NCBI GenBank assembly: GCA_022821235.1
Contig: JAJEEA010000534.1
Span: 1-61,035, forward strand
Direction of reading: 5' to 3'
From: Vicinamibacteria bacterium
GTDB lineage: Bacteria; Acidobacteriota; Vicinamibacteria; Vicinamibacterales; UBA8438
Length of the DNA stretch: 61,035 bases
The translations under genes were made by a program, and so were the position numbers. The notes under the pieces are model-generated. The model saw only the letters and a program-made list of their open reading frames with translations. It did no database searches and was not told the DNA's origin. Positions 18,871-29,844 of this stretch are shown one piece after another (position 1 is the first letter of the stretch; every line of letters begins with the position of its first letter).

Positions 18871-19956
18871 CTACCGCGGCGCCGGGTAGTCCCGGCTGAA
18901 CCCATTGCGGCTGTTGGTCACGGTGAACGACCCGTCCCGCCGCGCCGAGATGTGAATCCAGTGCGCGTCGCCCATGTGGACGGTCCGGCCGTCGGGCATC
19001 TCGACGCCCTCGTCGAGGTTGGCGATGAACGCCTCGGGCGCGTTGCCGTCGCCGGCGGGGATGGAGTAGTGGTTCTGCCAGATGTCGGGCGGCGACGGCG
19101 CCGCCTTCAGGATCTCGAACGTCTGGGCGGCGCCCCCCTTGCGGGGGCCGTTGTTCATCACCGCGGCCCGCGGAGCGATGGCGTGGGTCAGCGCCTCCGA
19201 GCCGGAAGTCTCCGAGCCGTGGTGCGACACCAGGTAGAGGTCGACGACGCCGATCCGGTCGTCCGGGCACATCAGCTCGTGCTCCCGGTTCCAGTTCAGG
19301 TCGCCCATGATGACGGTGCGGAACCGGCCGAAGCCGACGAAGGTGCTGATCGACTGGTCGTCTTCTGCGTTGCCGTAGCGGCTCGTGATGTCCTCGCCGT
19401 GGAAGGTGAAGCCCTCGCAGAACGGGTTGGCGCCCCCCGCCCCCGGCAGCGGCACGTCGAGCACGGCGCCGGCCGAGGCGATGATGCGGACGTCGAGGCC
19501 CTCCACCGGCACCCGGTCGCCCGGCGCGGCCACGACGTGCCGGGCGGTCTGCCGCAGGTCCACGTACCGCGCGAAGGCGGCGAGCGGGCGCTCGCCCTCG
19601 TCGACGGTGGTCCCGTGGTCGATGAACGTCCCGATAGGCAGCCGCTCCGCGAGCTGATGGGCGCCGCCCATGTGGTCGCCGTGGAAGTGGGTGACGATCA
19701 GGTGGTCGATCGCGTCGGCACCGGCATCCGCGGCGGCCGCGGCGATGCGGGCGGCGTCGCGCCCGTCGAAGCCCGGCCACCCCGTGTCGAAGAGCATCGA
19801 CTCGCCCGACGGGGCGACGAAGAGGGTCGCCTCGCCCCCCTCGACGTCGACGACGTAGATGTCCAGCGTGTCGTCCGCCCCGTCCTGGGCCGCCGTGGGG
19901 ACGGCCGCGAGACCGAAACCGAGCACGAGGACCGAGAGGGTGCCGGCAAGTCGCAT
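18871..19956 (-). CDS. Secreted metallo-beta-lactamase-fold hydrolase
   Basis: I chose the internal ATG at 19956, giving MRLAGTLSVLVLGFGLAAVPTAAQ (a signal peptide). The ORF has an HxHxDH-type motif (LIVTHFHGDHMGG) and later SHHGS and HMGDAH. Confidence 0.8.
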   Translation of the reverse strand: MRLAGTLSVLVLGFGLAAVPTAAQDGADDTLDIYVVDVEGGEATLFVAPSGESMLFDTGWPGFDGRDAARIAAAAADAGADAIDHLIVTHFHGDHMGGAHQLAERLPIGTFIDHGTTVDEGERPLAAFARYVDLRQTARHVVAAPGDRVPVEGLDVRIIASAGAVLDVPLPGAGGANPFCEGFTFHGEDITSRYGNAEDDQSISTFVGFGRFRTVIMGDLNWNREHELMCPDDRIGVVDLYLVSHHGSETSGSEALTHAIAPRAAVMNNGPRKGGAAQTFEILKAAPSPPDIWQNHYSIPAGDGNAPEAFIANLDEGVEMPDGRTVHMGDAHWIHISARRDGSFTVTNSRNGFSRDYPAPR

Positions 19957-20246
19957 GGCGTCGCTCCTGCAATCGAGATCCGGGTTCTCGACATTGACGC
20001 CGACAACGTCGCCTGCGGCCACGCTCGGCGCCCAACCAATTCCGAGGTCCGTCTCTCCGCGACCGCTCAGTGCGCTGGTCCACGCCGAACGGCCGTGCCG
20101 CCCGACCGCGACCTCCGGCGGAACGTCGCCGCCGCGCCGAACCGGACGCGCGGATTCCAGCCGATTATCCCCCATCTCCCGGGCTGCCGGCGGGGCACGC
20201 GATGGTATGGCAGAACGGAAACCGAAGCGATTCACCGGAGGTGACG

Positions 20247-20765
20247 ATGCGATTCGTCCTCGCTCTCCTCGCCGTCCTGCTCGCGCCGTCCCCCTCCTTC
20301 GCCCAGTCCAACACGGTTCGGGGGTGCGTCGTAGAGGGCCCGGAGGGCATGCTTCTCCGGGCGAGCGGGGGCGCCCGCCAGACCTTCGACAGCTACAACC
20401 TCGTGAACGAGGGCGAGCGTTTCCTGCTGGTGGGCGACAATGAGCTGCTGGAAGAGATCGCCCGCCGCGGGGGTCAGGAAATCCAGGTGACCGGCCGCAT
20501 CAACCCGGACCTGCCCGGGGCGGTCGCCGCGCCGCCCATCTTTCGGCCACCGGGCGGCGGCAACTTCCCGGGCACCGGGAGGCCGCCCGCCCCTCGGGGG
20601 CGGAGCCCGTTCAACCCTCGAGTGTCGGTCAGGCAGAGGGACTCGCGGCGCCCGATCACCAAGGACGTGATCCTGGTCGAGGAAATCAGGGCGGTCCGCC
20701 CCACGTGCCGCGACCTCGAGCGCGGCGCCGCTGAGATCCCGTTCCCGGAGCATCGGACGCAATGA
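20247..20765 (+). CDS. Secreted hypothetical protein
   Basis: The ATG at 20247 gives MRFVLALLAVLLAPSPSFAQ, a signal peptide. A structured N-terminal half is followed by a P/G/R-rich linker. Confidence 0.5.
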   Translation: MRFVLALLAVLLAPSPSFAQSNTVRGCVVEGPEGMLLRASGGARQTFDSYNLVNEGERFLLVGDNELLEEIARRGGQEIQVTGRINPDLPGAVAAPPIFRPPGGGNFPGTGRPPAPRGRSPFNPRVSVRQRDSRRPITKDVILVEEIRAVRPTCRDLERGAAEIPFPEHRTQ

Positions 20766-20831
20766 CCCGTTGCCGCGGGACAGGGTCCTACAGGGTCCCG
20801 CGTCCGGCTGCCACGCTGCTACAATGTCGAT

Positions 20832-21051
20832 ATGCGCTTCGCTCCCGGGAGGGTCGTCGGCGGCCGCGTCGAGTTCGTGGGAAACCTGCCGGAGGGCGCA
20901 TCGGTAGCGGTGCTGGCGCTCGAGAGTGACGGGACCTTCTGAAGCCGACGTGGAGACCGAGGACATGCTCCTCCGAGCAATCGCCCAGTGCAACGAGGGC
21001 CGGACCACGCCGATGGCCAGCGTCCTGTCCGAGTTGCGCAACCGCGAGTGA
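20832..21051 (+). pseudogene. Small antitoxin gene (ParD/addiction-module-component-like) with one frameshift
   Basis: MRFAPGRVVGGRVEFVGNLPEGASVAVLALESDGTF runs into TGA at 20940. The expected continuation EADVETEDMLLRAIAQCNEGRTTPMASVLSELRNRE* lies in the +1 frame from 20941. Length is 220 nt, which is 3n+1. Confidence 0.6.
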
Positions 21052-21357
21052 GTCGTCCGCTCGACATCGAGGTCAGCGATCTCGCCAGGGTGCAGATCGT
21101 CGCGGCCGAGCGGTGGTGGCGTGTCAACCGCCCCGTGACGCCGAACGCCATTCGCGAGGAGCTCGAACGCGCCTCGCCTCTCATCTCCCTCCAACCAGGA
21201 ATCGGCGCCCGCGCCCGGAACCTCTCGTTGGCGGGTGTTCGCCGTCTGCATCTCGCGCGCATCCGCTACGACCTCTACCCGCGTGGCCGGAGACCTGCCA
21301 CGGGTCGAGATTCTCTCGTTCTGGCACGCGCATCGAGGCGGCCATCCCCCCCTGTAG
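21048..21357 (+). pseudogene. parE: ParE/RelE-family toxin gene with one frameshift
   Basis: A GTG at 21048 overlaps the antitoxin stop. The reading is VSRPLDIEVSDLARVQIVAAERWW...LHLARIRYDLY. After CTCTACCCGCGTGG (about 21278-21283) the conserved ending VAGDLPRVEILSFWHAHRGGHPPL* is in another frame. Removing one C from the CCC run restores LYRVAGD. Length is 310 nt, which is 3n+1. Confidence 0.65.
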
Positions 21358-21445
21358 GAAGCCCACCAAGACCGCGCTGCAGCCTGAGGCGATTCAGCCG
21401 CAACGTCAGCTTCCCCGCCCGTCGCCGGCAGCATCACCCGAAGCG

Positions 21446-22891
21446 CTACCGACGGCGGCGTCCCGCCACGAACAGGACCGCGCCGACCAGGCGGCGCCAG
21501 ACGAAGAGGACGCTGGTCGAGACCAGGAACAGGATGGACGTGGTGAGGGCGTCGACGGTGACGAGCCAGCGGCTGAACCCGGACCAGAGCGGGACCACCG
21601 ACAGCGCCCCGATGACGAATGCCGCCCACTCGACACGAGTCAGGACCAGCGGTGCGGGGTCCGCCACGGCGCTCAGCCCGAACATCGCCGCGAACATGAC
21701 GCCGGCGTCGGGCAGCGTGTCGGCCCGGAACACGACCCACAGGCACAGCACCGTCAGCAGCACGTAGCCGTGGCGCAACGGGCGCGGCCAGCGGGCGAGC
21801 CCGGCGGCGAGGCCCGCGTGCTCCAGCACCACCACCCCGCCGTGCAGCAGCGCCCACGTCACGACGGTCCAGCCCGGACCGTGCCAGAGGCCGACCCCCA
21901 GGAACAACAGCAGGATGCGCCCGGCGCGGGCGAGCGGCCGGCCGGCGGCGGGGTCGAGCGACAGGCCCGGATAGTCGCGGAACCAGTCGAAGAGAGTGAC
22001 GAACCAGCGGCGCCAGAACTCCGCCACCGAGTCGGCCCCGTACGGCCAGCGGAAGTTCTCGGCGAGCCGGAACCCGAACATGCGTGCGAACCCGATGGCC
22101 ATGTCGGCGTAGCCGGACAGGCTGAAGTAGATCTGCAGCGCGAAGCACGCCGAGCCGAGCCACGCGTGCACGGCGCCGAGCGCACCGGCCGGCAGGGCGA
22201 ACGCGGCGTCCGCCGGCCCGGCGAGGGCGGAGGCCAGGAACGCCACCTTCCAGAACCCCACCAGCCAGCGCCGCACCCCGTAGGCGAACGCGGCCATCGT
22301 GGCCCGCCGCTCGACGAGCTGCGCCGCGACGTCGCGGTACCGGGCCAGCGGGCCCGCGCACAGCAGGGGAAAGAAGAGCAGATACGACGCCGCGGTGACG
22401 GGGTTGGCCTGGGCCGGCGCCTCGCCCCGGTGGACGTCGACCACGTAGGAGACGGCGTGGCAGACCACGAACGACAGCCCCAGGGGCACCAGCAGTTGCG
22501 AGACCGCGAACCCCGGGTCGTCGAGGACCGGCGGCAGCGGCCTCGCGTACTTGAAGACCCCGAACAGCACCGCGCCGCCGGCCAGCGCCACCGTGAGCAG
22601 CGCCTCCGGGAGCAGGCGGAGCCCGCCGGACGCCCCTCCCGCCCGCCGCACCCGGGCCGTCGCGAGCCCCGTCAGCCACGCGAGCAGCGCCAGACCCCCG
22701 AGCCACCGCGCGAACGATCCCGCCCCGCAGTGGAGGAACGCCAGGCTTCCCGCCAGCAGGACGGGATTGGCGAGGACGAAGCGGCGTCCCCCCTCCTTCC
22801 ATCGACGCGGCGTGACGGCCAGCGCGAGGAAGAACAGGGCCAGCAGCAGCGGGAGGAAGCGGAGCAGGAAGGTCGAGTCGGTGAACAGCAC
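21446..22891 (-). CDS. MBOAT-family membrane O-acyltransferase (AlgI/DltB-like)
   Basis: The 481-aa polytopic protein has MBOAT hallmarks: SFVVCHAVSYVVDVHRG, YLLFFPLLCAGPLARY, FWRRWFVTLFDWFRDY and LGVGLWHGPGW (the catalytic His region). Confidence 0.9.
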   Translation of the reverse strand: MLFTDSTFLLRFLPLLLALFFLALAVTPRRWKEGGRRFVLANPVLLAGSLAFLHCGAGSFARWLGGLALLAWLTGLATARVRRAGGASGGLRLLPEALLTVALAGGAVLFGVFKYARPLPPVLDDPGFAVSQLLVPLGLSFVVCHAVSYVVDVHRGEAPAQANPVTAASYLLFFPLLCAGPLARYRDVAAQLVERRATMAAFAYGVRRWLVGFWKVAFLASALAGPADAAFALPAGALGAVHAWLGSACFALQIYFSLSGYADMAIGFARMFGFRLAENFRWPYGADSVAEFWRRWFVTLFDWFRDYPGLSLDPAAGRPLARAGRILLLFLGVGLWHGPGWTVVTWALLHGGVVVLEHAGLAAGLARWPRPLRHGYVLLTVLCLWVVFRADTLPDAGVMFAAMFGLSAVADPAPLVLTRVEWAAFVIGALSVVPLWSGFSRWLVTVDALTTSILFLVSTSVLFVWRRLVGAVLFVAGRRRR

Positions 22892-23187
22892 GGAGCGGCA
22901 GCAGGTGATGCCGATCGCCGACCGCTCGCGAACCCGCGGGCCACCGGACGACGGCCAAAACGCCGCATCCTATCAGGTTGGCCCCGAGGCGCCCGGAGCG
23001 AGCGGCGAGTCGTGGCGAAGAGGCCCGGCGCAGTCGACCGCCGTGCACCGGACGACGAAGACGGTGGCCGCCGAGCCGTGCCCTCTCCCGTCTCGCCGCA
23101 GGCTCGCCGCGAGGCCCCGCGCAGGTGCGCGAACAGCCCGGTCGTGGTAGTGTCCGGTCACACGGCACGAACGACGGAGGAGGCACC

Positions 23188-24693
<1,506 letters not shown>

Positions 24694-24935
24694 AGGGGCG
24701 AGGGGCGCCAAACCCCGGGGAGAGGCCCAAAAGGGCCGTGGCGCGGGTCGAGATCTGAAAGCTGCCCCGTTCTCGACGCAGCCGTGAACCTGCGAAGCAG
24801 GCGCCCACGTGGCCCGGCGCGGTCGAGAACGGTCACGTCTCCGCCGCGTGCGACCCGTTCCGATCCGCCGTCTGCCGCGTCATGGGGCTTGCGCGCCCGC
24901 GTTGACGCGCCACTCTCCGGCGAGACTGGCGGCCA

Positions 24936-25331
24936 TCAAGTCAGCGGCCAGGAGATCCGCACCGAGTACTGCGCAATCAGGCGGTCGGGTGTGAGCAGGG
25001 TCATGCCGTGCTCTATCGCTTGGCATACCAGCATCCGGTCGAACGGGTCCTTGTGAAGCGGGGGCAACCGGTGCAACTGCAGCACGCTCGCCTCGTCCAT
25101 CGGCAGGCTCAGAAAGCCGTGGCGCTCCCGCTGCTCCGGCAGGAACAGCTCCGGGGGTTGCGGAAGGGGCAGCTTGCCGAGATGGTGCTTGACGGAGATC
25201 TCCCAGATCGAAGCGGCGCTCACGTAGACCTCGTGGGCCGGATCGGACACCGAGGCTCGGACCCCCATCGGGAGCCGCGGAGAGTCCTCGGCCCACCACA
25301 GGAAGGTGCAGGTGTCGAGAAGCAGTCTCAT
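24936..25331 (-). CDS. vapC: PIN-domain toxin (VapC-like)
   Basis: The 131-aa ORF reads MRLLLDTCTFLWW...SAASIWEISVK...HKDPFDRMLVCQA, with the typical PIN acidic residues. It overlaps the antitoxin stop by 4 nt. Confidence 0.9.
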   Translation of the reverse strand: MRLLLDTCTFLWWAEDSPRLPMGVRASVSDPAHEVYVSAASIWEISVKHHLGKLPLPQPPELFLPEQRERHGFLSLPMDEASVLQLHRLPPLHKDPFDRMLVCQAIEHGMTLLTPDRLIAQYSVRISWPLT

Positions 25332-25594
25332 TTCCCAGGCAGAACCTCTCCCCCCTCGAACGACTCGATGACGTCGTCGGGCAACGGTTCGAAGAACGAC
25401 TCTGGGACGGTGAACTGCCCGCGCGCCAACCCGATCGGCCTCCGCTCCTTCCGCGCCCGGGGCAGGGCCCGGATTTCCGCGACCGGCTCATTGCGACGGC
25501 AGAGCAGTATCGTCTCGCCGGCCCGAAGTCGAGCGACGTAACGCGACAGGTGGGTCTTGGCCTCGTGCATGTTGAGTCGGATCATGACTTGCAT
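25328..25594 (-). CDS. Phd/YefM-type antitoxin
   Basis: The 88-aa ORF has NMHEAKTHLSRYVARLRAGETILLCRRNEPVAEIRAL, a Phd/YefM-like N-terminal fold sequence. It lies upstream of, and is coupled to, the PIN toxin. Confidence 0.8.
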   Translation of the reverse strand: MQVMIRLNMHEAKTHLSRYVARLRAGETILLCRRNEPVAEIRALPRARKERRPIGLARGQFTVPESFFEPLPDDVIESFEGGEVLPGK

Positions 25595-25778
25595 CCTAGT
25601 TTACTTCTGAACTGTATATCAACGCGGTCGTCTCTCGTCCAGCGAGCCTTCCGGGAATTGCAGGGTCGATTGGGCGGTGAGCGGAGCCCGCAAGGCGGGG
25701 CGAAGGCAATCGCAAAGCCGAGCGACTGGCTGTAGCAGAACTCGGGCGGGGAATCCGACGTGTGCGACTGATGCTCCG

Positions 25779-26264
25779 CTACGGGCGGCCCTCCGACTCC
25801 TGGCTCACCGCGCGGCTCCGCCAAGCCGCCGCCAGCTCCTGGTGGAGGGCGCGCGTCCGGTCGGCATGGGGATAGTTGACGATCACGAACGTGTCCGCGG
25901 TTCGCACCACGAGGTACGGCGGGAAGCCGTCGGTCGTGTACAGCCAGCCGTTCCCCATCTCCACGACCTCGAAGGGTCCGCGCCGCACGCCGTCCGACGA
26001 ACGGCGGCCGTGCCGCCGCCGCACGCGGCTGACCGAATCGCTGGAGATACGCCGCCGAGCCCGCGGCGTCGTCATATCGAGGTAGATGTCCGTAATCCGG
26101 CTCAGCGGCACCTGGATGTCCGGGCCGTCGCGGCTCTCGGGTCTCCCCACCGTCAAGTGCTCGTTCGTCACGACGGCCTCGAACTCCCAACGCCCGGGGC
26201 ACGCCCGTTGACCCAGCATCGCCAGGATGAACAGCAGCGTGACGGCCGCGAAGTAGAGCAGCAT
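25779..26264 (-). CDS. Membrane-anchored hypothetical protein
   Basis: The internal ATG at 26264 gives MLLYFAAVTLLFILAMLGQ (a TM anchor), followed by a soluble domain of ordinary composition. There is no recognisable motif. Confidence 0.45.
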   Translation of the reverse strand: MLLYFAAVTLLFILAMLGQRACPGRWEFEAVVTNEHLTVGRPESRDGPDIQVPLSRITDIYLDMTTPRARRRISSDSVSRVRRRHGRRSSDGVRRGPFEVVEMGNGWLYTTDGFPPYLVVRTADTFVIVNYPHADRTRALHQELAAAWRSRAVSQESEGRP

Positions 26265-26457
26265 GGTGCCTTCCGGAACGCTGCCATAGGGCGACGGTTC
26301 CGAGCTTCCGGTCCGCCCGATGTCGAGACTCGTCACTTCTTGCCGACCCCTGGGGTACCGTCCCGCCACCGTCAGGCCGAGGAGACCGCGGCCGCTCGGT
26401 CCGCATCTCGGCCAGATCGCCCTCCCGGAGCCCCGAGCCCGCGAACTGCAGGATCCC

Positions 26458-27120
26458 TCACGTCAGGGTACTCGCGGCGCGGGCAATCGTGGATACCGTG
26501 AGATCCCAGCGACCGGCCTGTTCCACCAGGTATCGGCGGATCGCCGAGTCGACCTCGGCCGCCTCGCCCTCATCGAAGTACGCCAGGGCTTTCACCGCCT
26601 CCATGGGTGGAAAGCGGTTCCCGTAGAGCGCCGCGGCGGCGCCGAGTCCGTCTTCGAGGGGTACGCCCGCGCGCAGGATGGCCGCGAGGTCGAGGTAGTC
26701 TCTTGCGGCGACGCGCTGCAGGAGCACCTTGAGCTTGGTGCCGAACAGATCCAGCAACGACGCGACCAGGACGACGCCGTCGTCGGTCCGCTGGGGTTCT
26801 CCCACCCGGCCGGTGTCGATGCCGCCGAAGAACGAGACCTTGACAGGCGGCAAGCGGCCGGATGGCTTCGTGGAAACGGTCAGCGTGTCGGGCTGGCGTT
26901 GCAGGACCTCGGCGCCGGCGAGACAGGGCAGCTCGAACAACGCGTCGCCATCGAGCGGTTCCGACGAGAAGAAGTCGAAATCGACCGAGGACCGGTGCCC
27001 CAGCCTCAGCGCGAGCGCGGTGCCGCCGTACAGGACGAGCGAGTCCGGCAGGTCGCCGAGCGCCGGCCAGAGCGCGCGCTGCGCTTCCGGGAGCACGTCG
27101 AGCGCCGGCGTGAACGTCAT
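26458..27120 (-). CDS. Nucleotidyltransferase toxin, AbiEii/AbiGii (DUF1814)-like
   Basis: The ATG at 27120 gives MTFTPALDVLPEAQRALWPALGDLPDSLVLYGGTALALRLGHRSSVDFDFFS... The GG-x-AL...S-DxD nucleotidyltransferase core is typical of type IV TA toxins. Confidence 0.7.
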   Translation of the reverse strand: MTFTPALDVLPEAQRALWPALGDLPDSLVLYGGTALALRLGHRSSVDFDFFSSEPLDGDALFELPCLAGAEVLQRQPDTLTVSTKPSGRLPPVKVSFFGGIDTGRVGEPQRTDDGVVLVASLLDLFGTKLKVLLQRVAARDYLDLAAILRAGVPLEDGLGAAAALYGNRFPPMEAVKALAYFDEGEAAEVDSAIRRYLVEQAGRWDLTVSTIARAASTLT

Positions 27121-27386
27121 CGCGGCAATCGCGGCGGCAGCCGCCGCGCCGGCGGACCCGCGGCCGGATCGAGGCCGAGCCGGCGGCGCCAGAAGCTCCA
27201 GGAGCGGCGGTTGAACACGCCCACCGGGGGATCGTGCAGCACGCGGCGCAAGTCGGCCTCGGACACCCACGCCAACAGCCAGCGGACGTCGTCGACGGTG
27301 CCGAGCGTCATCATCTGCGCGAGCAGGAGCCGCCGATCCTCCAGCGTGCGTGCCGCCGGCTGCCACCAGACGTACTTCGAGGCCAT
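27117..27386 (-). CDS. Small partner protein of the nucleotidyltransferase (putative antitoxin)
   Basis: The ATG at 27386 gives MASKYVWWQPAARTLEDRRLLLAQMMTLGTVDDVRWLLAWVSEADLRRVL... (89 aa). Its stop overlaps the toxin start (ATGA at 27117-27120). Confidence 0.5.
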   Translation of the reverse strand: MASKYVWWQPAARTLEDRRLLLAQMMTLGTVDDVRWLLAWVSEADLRRVLHDPPVGVFNRRSWSFWRRRLGLDPAAGPPARRLPPRLPR

Positions 27387-27607
27387 CGCCTCGCTGCGCT
27401 CATCGCCGGCGAGCCGGTCCCTGCCCGTCACCACTACCAGAATAACGTCTACCCGGGGGATCCGGTTCGACAGCAGCCGAGTCCGGGCATACCATGACGC
27501 AAAGACACGGAGCACTGCCGGGTGCATGGCCATTTGTGGCCATTAGATCCGGTCCGGGCAGTAGATCCGGTCCGGGCGGTGCCGGACCCGTTCGCGGAGA
27601 CACAGAG

Positions 27608-28924
27608 ATGACACGAGACCTGACGCTGCCGACCCGGCGGCGGTTCCTGCAGACGGCCGGCGGGTTCGCGGCGGCGGCCGCGGCCGTCGGAGGACGCACG
27701 ACGGAAGCGGCGGCGGCCGCGGCCTTGGGAAGGCGCCCGACGGAAGCCGGGGCGGCCCGCGCGCAGGGGCCCGCCCTGCGGATACGCGCCGTCGACGCCT
27801 ATCCCATCTACATCAACCAGCGCTCGGACGGGCTGCTCGACGCGCCGACGTTCTCGGGCGACGACGACCCCCGGCGCTGGCGCTGGGGCGGGCCGTTCGA
27901 GCAGTTGCCGTCGGCCATCATTGCGATCGTCAAGACAGACCAGGGGGTGACCGGCTTCGGCATGGGGGCCGGGGGCAGCGCCGCCGTCGAGATCATCGAC
28001 GGGCACCTGAAGCACCTGCTGATGGGCGCCGACCCCCTGAACGTGGAGCAGCTCTGGGACCAGATGTACCAGTCGGCCATCTTCTACGGGCGGCGCGGGG
28101 TGTTCGCCATGGCCCTGAGCGCGGTGGACAACGCGCTGTGGGACATCGCGGGCAAGCACGCCGGTCGGCCCGTGCACGAGCTGCTCGGGGGCGCCTCGCG
28201 CGACCGCATTCCCCTCTACCAGACCGGGGGCGACGTGGCGGCGGGAGCCGCCGAGGGCGTGCGGAACTTCAAGCGCAGCCTGCCCGTGAACCCCCTGACC
28301 CCGCCGGACGTGCTCGACCGGGCCATCACCTCGGTGCTCGAGGCCCGCGACGTCCTGGGGCCGGACGGCAACCTCATGACCGACTGCGTCTCGCGCAACG
28401 GCACCGCCGACTGGGCGGTGGGCGTGGCGGAGCGGCTGCGGCCGGCCGGGCTCTACTTCATGGAGGAGATGCTGTCGCCCGACGACGTGTTCGGCTACGC
28501 CGAGCTGGTGCGCCGCATCGGGGGCGGCGGCCCGGGGTGGACCCGGGTCGCGTGCGGCGAGCACGAGTACACCGAGCACGGCTTCGAGGTGCTGGTGCGG
28601 CTCGGCTCGGCCGAGATCCTCCAGCCCGACATCACCTGGTGCGGCGGCACCACCGCGGGGCGGCGCATCTCGCGGCTCGTCGAGGCGGCGGGGCTCGAGA
28701 TCATCCCCCACCGCGGCGCCAGCTCCTGGGGGCTCCCCATCGCCCTCATCTCGCCGAGCTGCACCATGGCCGAGAGCTTCCCCGCAGGGTCGGCGATTCT
28801 CGACGCGATGTCGCCGCCGGTGGAGAACGGCGCGGTCGTGGCCCCCACCGAGCCGGGCTTCGGGACCACCCTGACCGAGGAGCTGGTGCTCGACCACCGG
28901 CTGGCCGGGCGGACCGTTGTATAG
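27608..28924 (+). CDS. Enolase-superfamily enzyme (mandelate racemase/muconate lactonizing type) with a twin-arginine signal
   Basis: The ATG at 27608 gives MTRDLTLPTRRRFLQTAGGFAAAAAAV, a Tat motif. The ORF has MR/MLE-like blocks: GVTGFGMG, ALSAVDNALWDIAGK, FMEEMLSPDD, ACGEHEY and LQPDITWCGG. Confidence 0.85.
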   Translation: MTRDLTLPTRRRFLQTAGGFAAAAAAVGGRTTEAAAAAALGRRPTEAGAARAQGPALRIRAVDAYPIYINQRSDGLLDAPTFSGDDDPRRWRWGGPFEQLPSAIIAIVKTDQGVTGFGMGAGGSAAVEIIDGHLKHLLMGADPLNVEQLWDQMYQSAIFYGRRGVFAMALSAVDNALWDIAGKHAGRPVHELLGGASRDRIPLYQTGGDVAAGAAEGVRNFKRSLPVNPLTPPDVLDRAITSVLEARDVLGPDGNLMTDCVSRNGTADWAVGVAERLRPAGLYFMEEMLSPDDVFGYAELVRRIGGGGPGWTRVACGEHEYTEHGFEVLVRLGSAEILQPDITWCGGTTAGRRISRLVEAAGLEIIPHRGASSWGLPIALISPSCTMAESFPAGSAILDAMSPPVENGAVVAPTEPGFGTTLTEELVLDHRLAGRTVV

Positions 28925-28965
28925 TGGGGCGTCGTTTCCGGAACACGAATGAACGGAGGCTTTCG

Positions 28966-29844
28966 ATGAGACGAATCACGGTTCTGGCCGCGGTGATCGC
29001 GATCGGCCTCGCGGCGGCCGTCAGCCGCCCCGTGGCGCAGGGCAACGTGGCCGAGATCGAGCACGTCAAGGACAACCTGTACATGATCACGGGCGGGGGC
29101 GGGAACACCGCGGCCCTCGTCACCGGCGAGGGGGTCGTGCTGGTCGACACCAAGAACCCCGGGTGGGGCGAGGCCATTCTCGACCAGGTGCGGACGGTGA
29201 CCGACGAGCCGGTCACGATGATCATCAACACCCACACCCACGGCGACCACGTGGGGAGCAACATCGACTTCGCGCAGCCGGTCGAGGTGGTGGCCCACGC
29301 CAACACCCGGACGAACATGGAGCGCATGCCCGCGTTCCAGTCCGAGAGCGGCCAGGAGTACCTGCCGGGCACGACCTACGAGGACCGGCTGACGCTGCTC
29401 GACGGGGCCAACCGGATCGACCTCTACCACTTCGGCCCGGGCCACACGAGCGGCGACTCCATCGTGGTCTTCACCGGCCTCGGCGTCGCCCACACCGGCG
29501 ACCTCTTCGCGTGGAAGGGCACGCCCTACATCGACGTGAACAACGGCGGCAGCGGGATCAACTACGGCAGGACGGTGCTCGCCGCGGCCGACGGCATCTC
29601 GGGCGTCGACACCGTGATTCCCGGGCACAGCCCGGTCATGGGCTGGGCCGACTTCCGCGAGTTCGGCGAGTTCAACCGCGACTTCCTCGCCGCCGTCGAG
29701 GCCGGCAGGGCCGAAGGCAAGTCGGCGGCGGAGACCGCGGCCTCGCTCGACCTCCCCGAGCGCTACGCGAACTACGCCATGAGCCGGGGCACCCTGACCA
29801 GCGCCGAGGACAACGCCGAGAAGATCTACGCCGAGCTCGAGTGA
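28966..29844 (+). CDS. Secreted metallo-beta-lactamase-fold hydrolase
   Basis: The ATG at 28966 follows GGAGG. The ORF has a signal peptide, the motif INTHTHGDHVGSN (HxHxDH), and later GPGHTSGDS and IPGHS. Confidence 0.9.
   Translation: MRRITVLAAVIAIGLAAAVSRPVAQGNVAEIEHVKDNLYMITGGGGNTAALVTGEGVVLVDTKNPGWGEAILDQVRTVTDEPVTMIINTHTHGDHVGSNIDFAQPVEVVAHANTRTNMERMPAFQSESGQEYLPGTTYEDRLTLLDGANRIDLYHFGPGHTSGDSIVVFTGLGVAHTGDLFAWKGTPYIDVNNGGSGINYGRTVLAAADGISGVDTVIPGHSPVMGWADFREFGEFNRDFLAAVEAGRAEGKSAAETAASLDLPERYANYAMSRGTLTSAEDNAEKIYAELE

Noticed and set aside
17729-20244. A 335-aa minus-strand ORF and a 769-aa plus-strand ORF overlapping the ion channel and the MBL hydrolase
   Set aside because: They have shadow composition and conflict with genes that have clear S4, pore and HxHxDH motifs.
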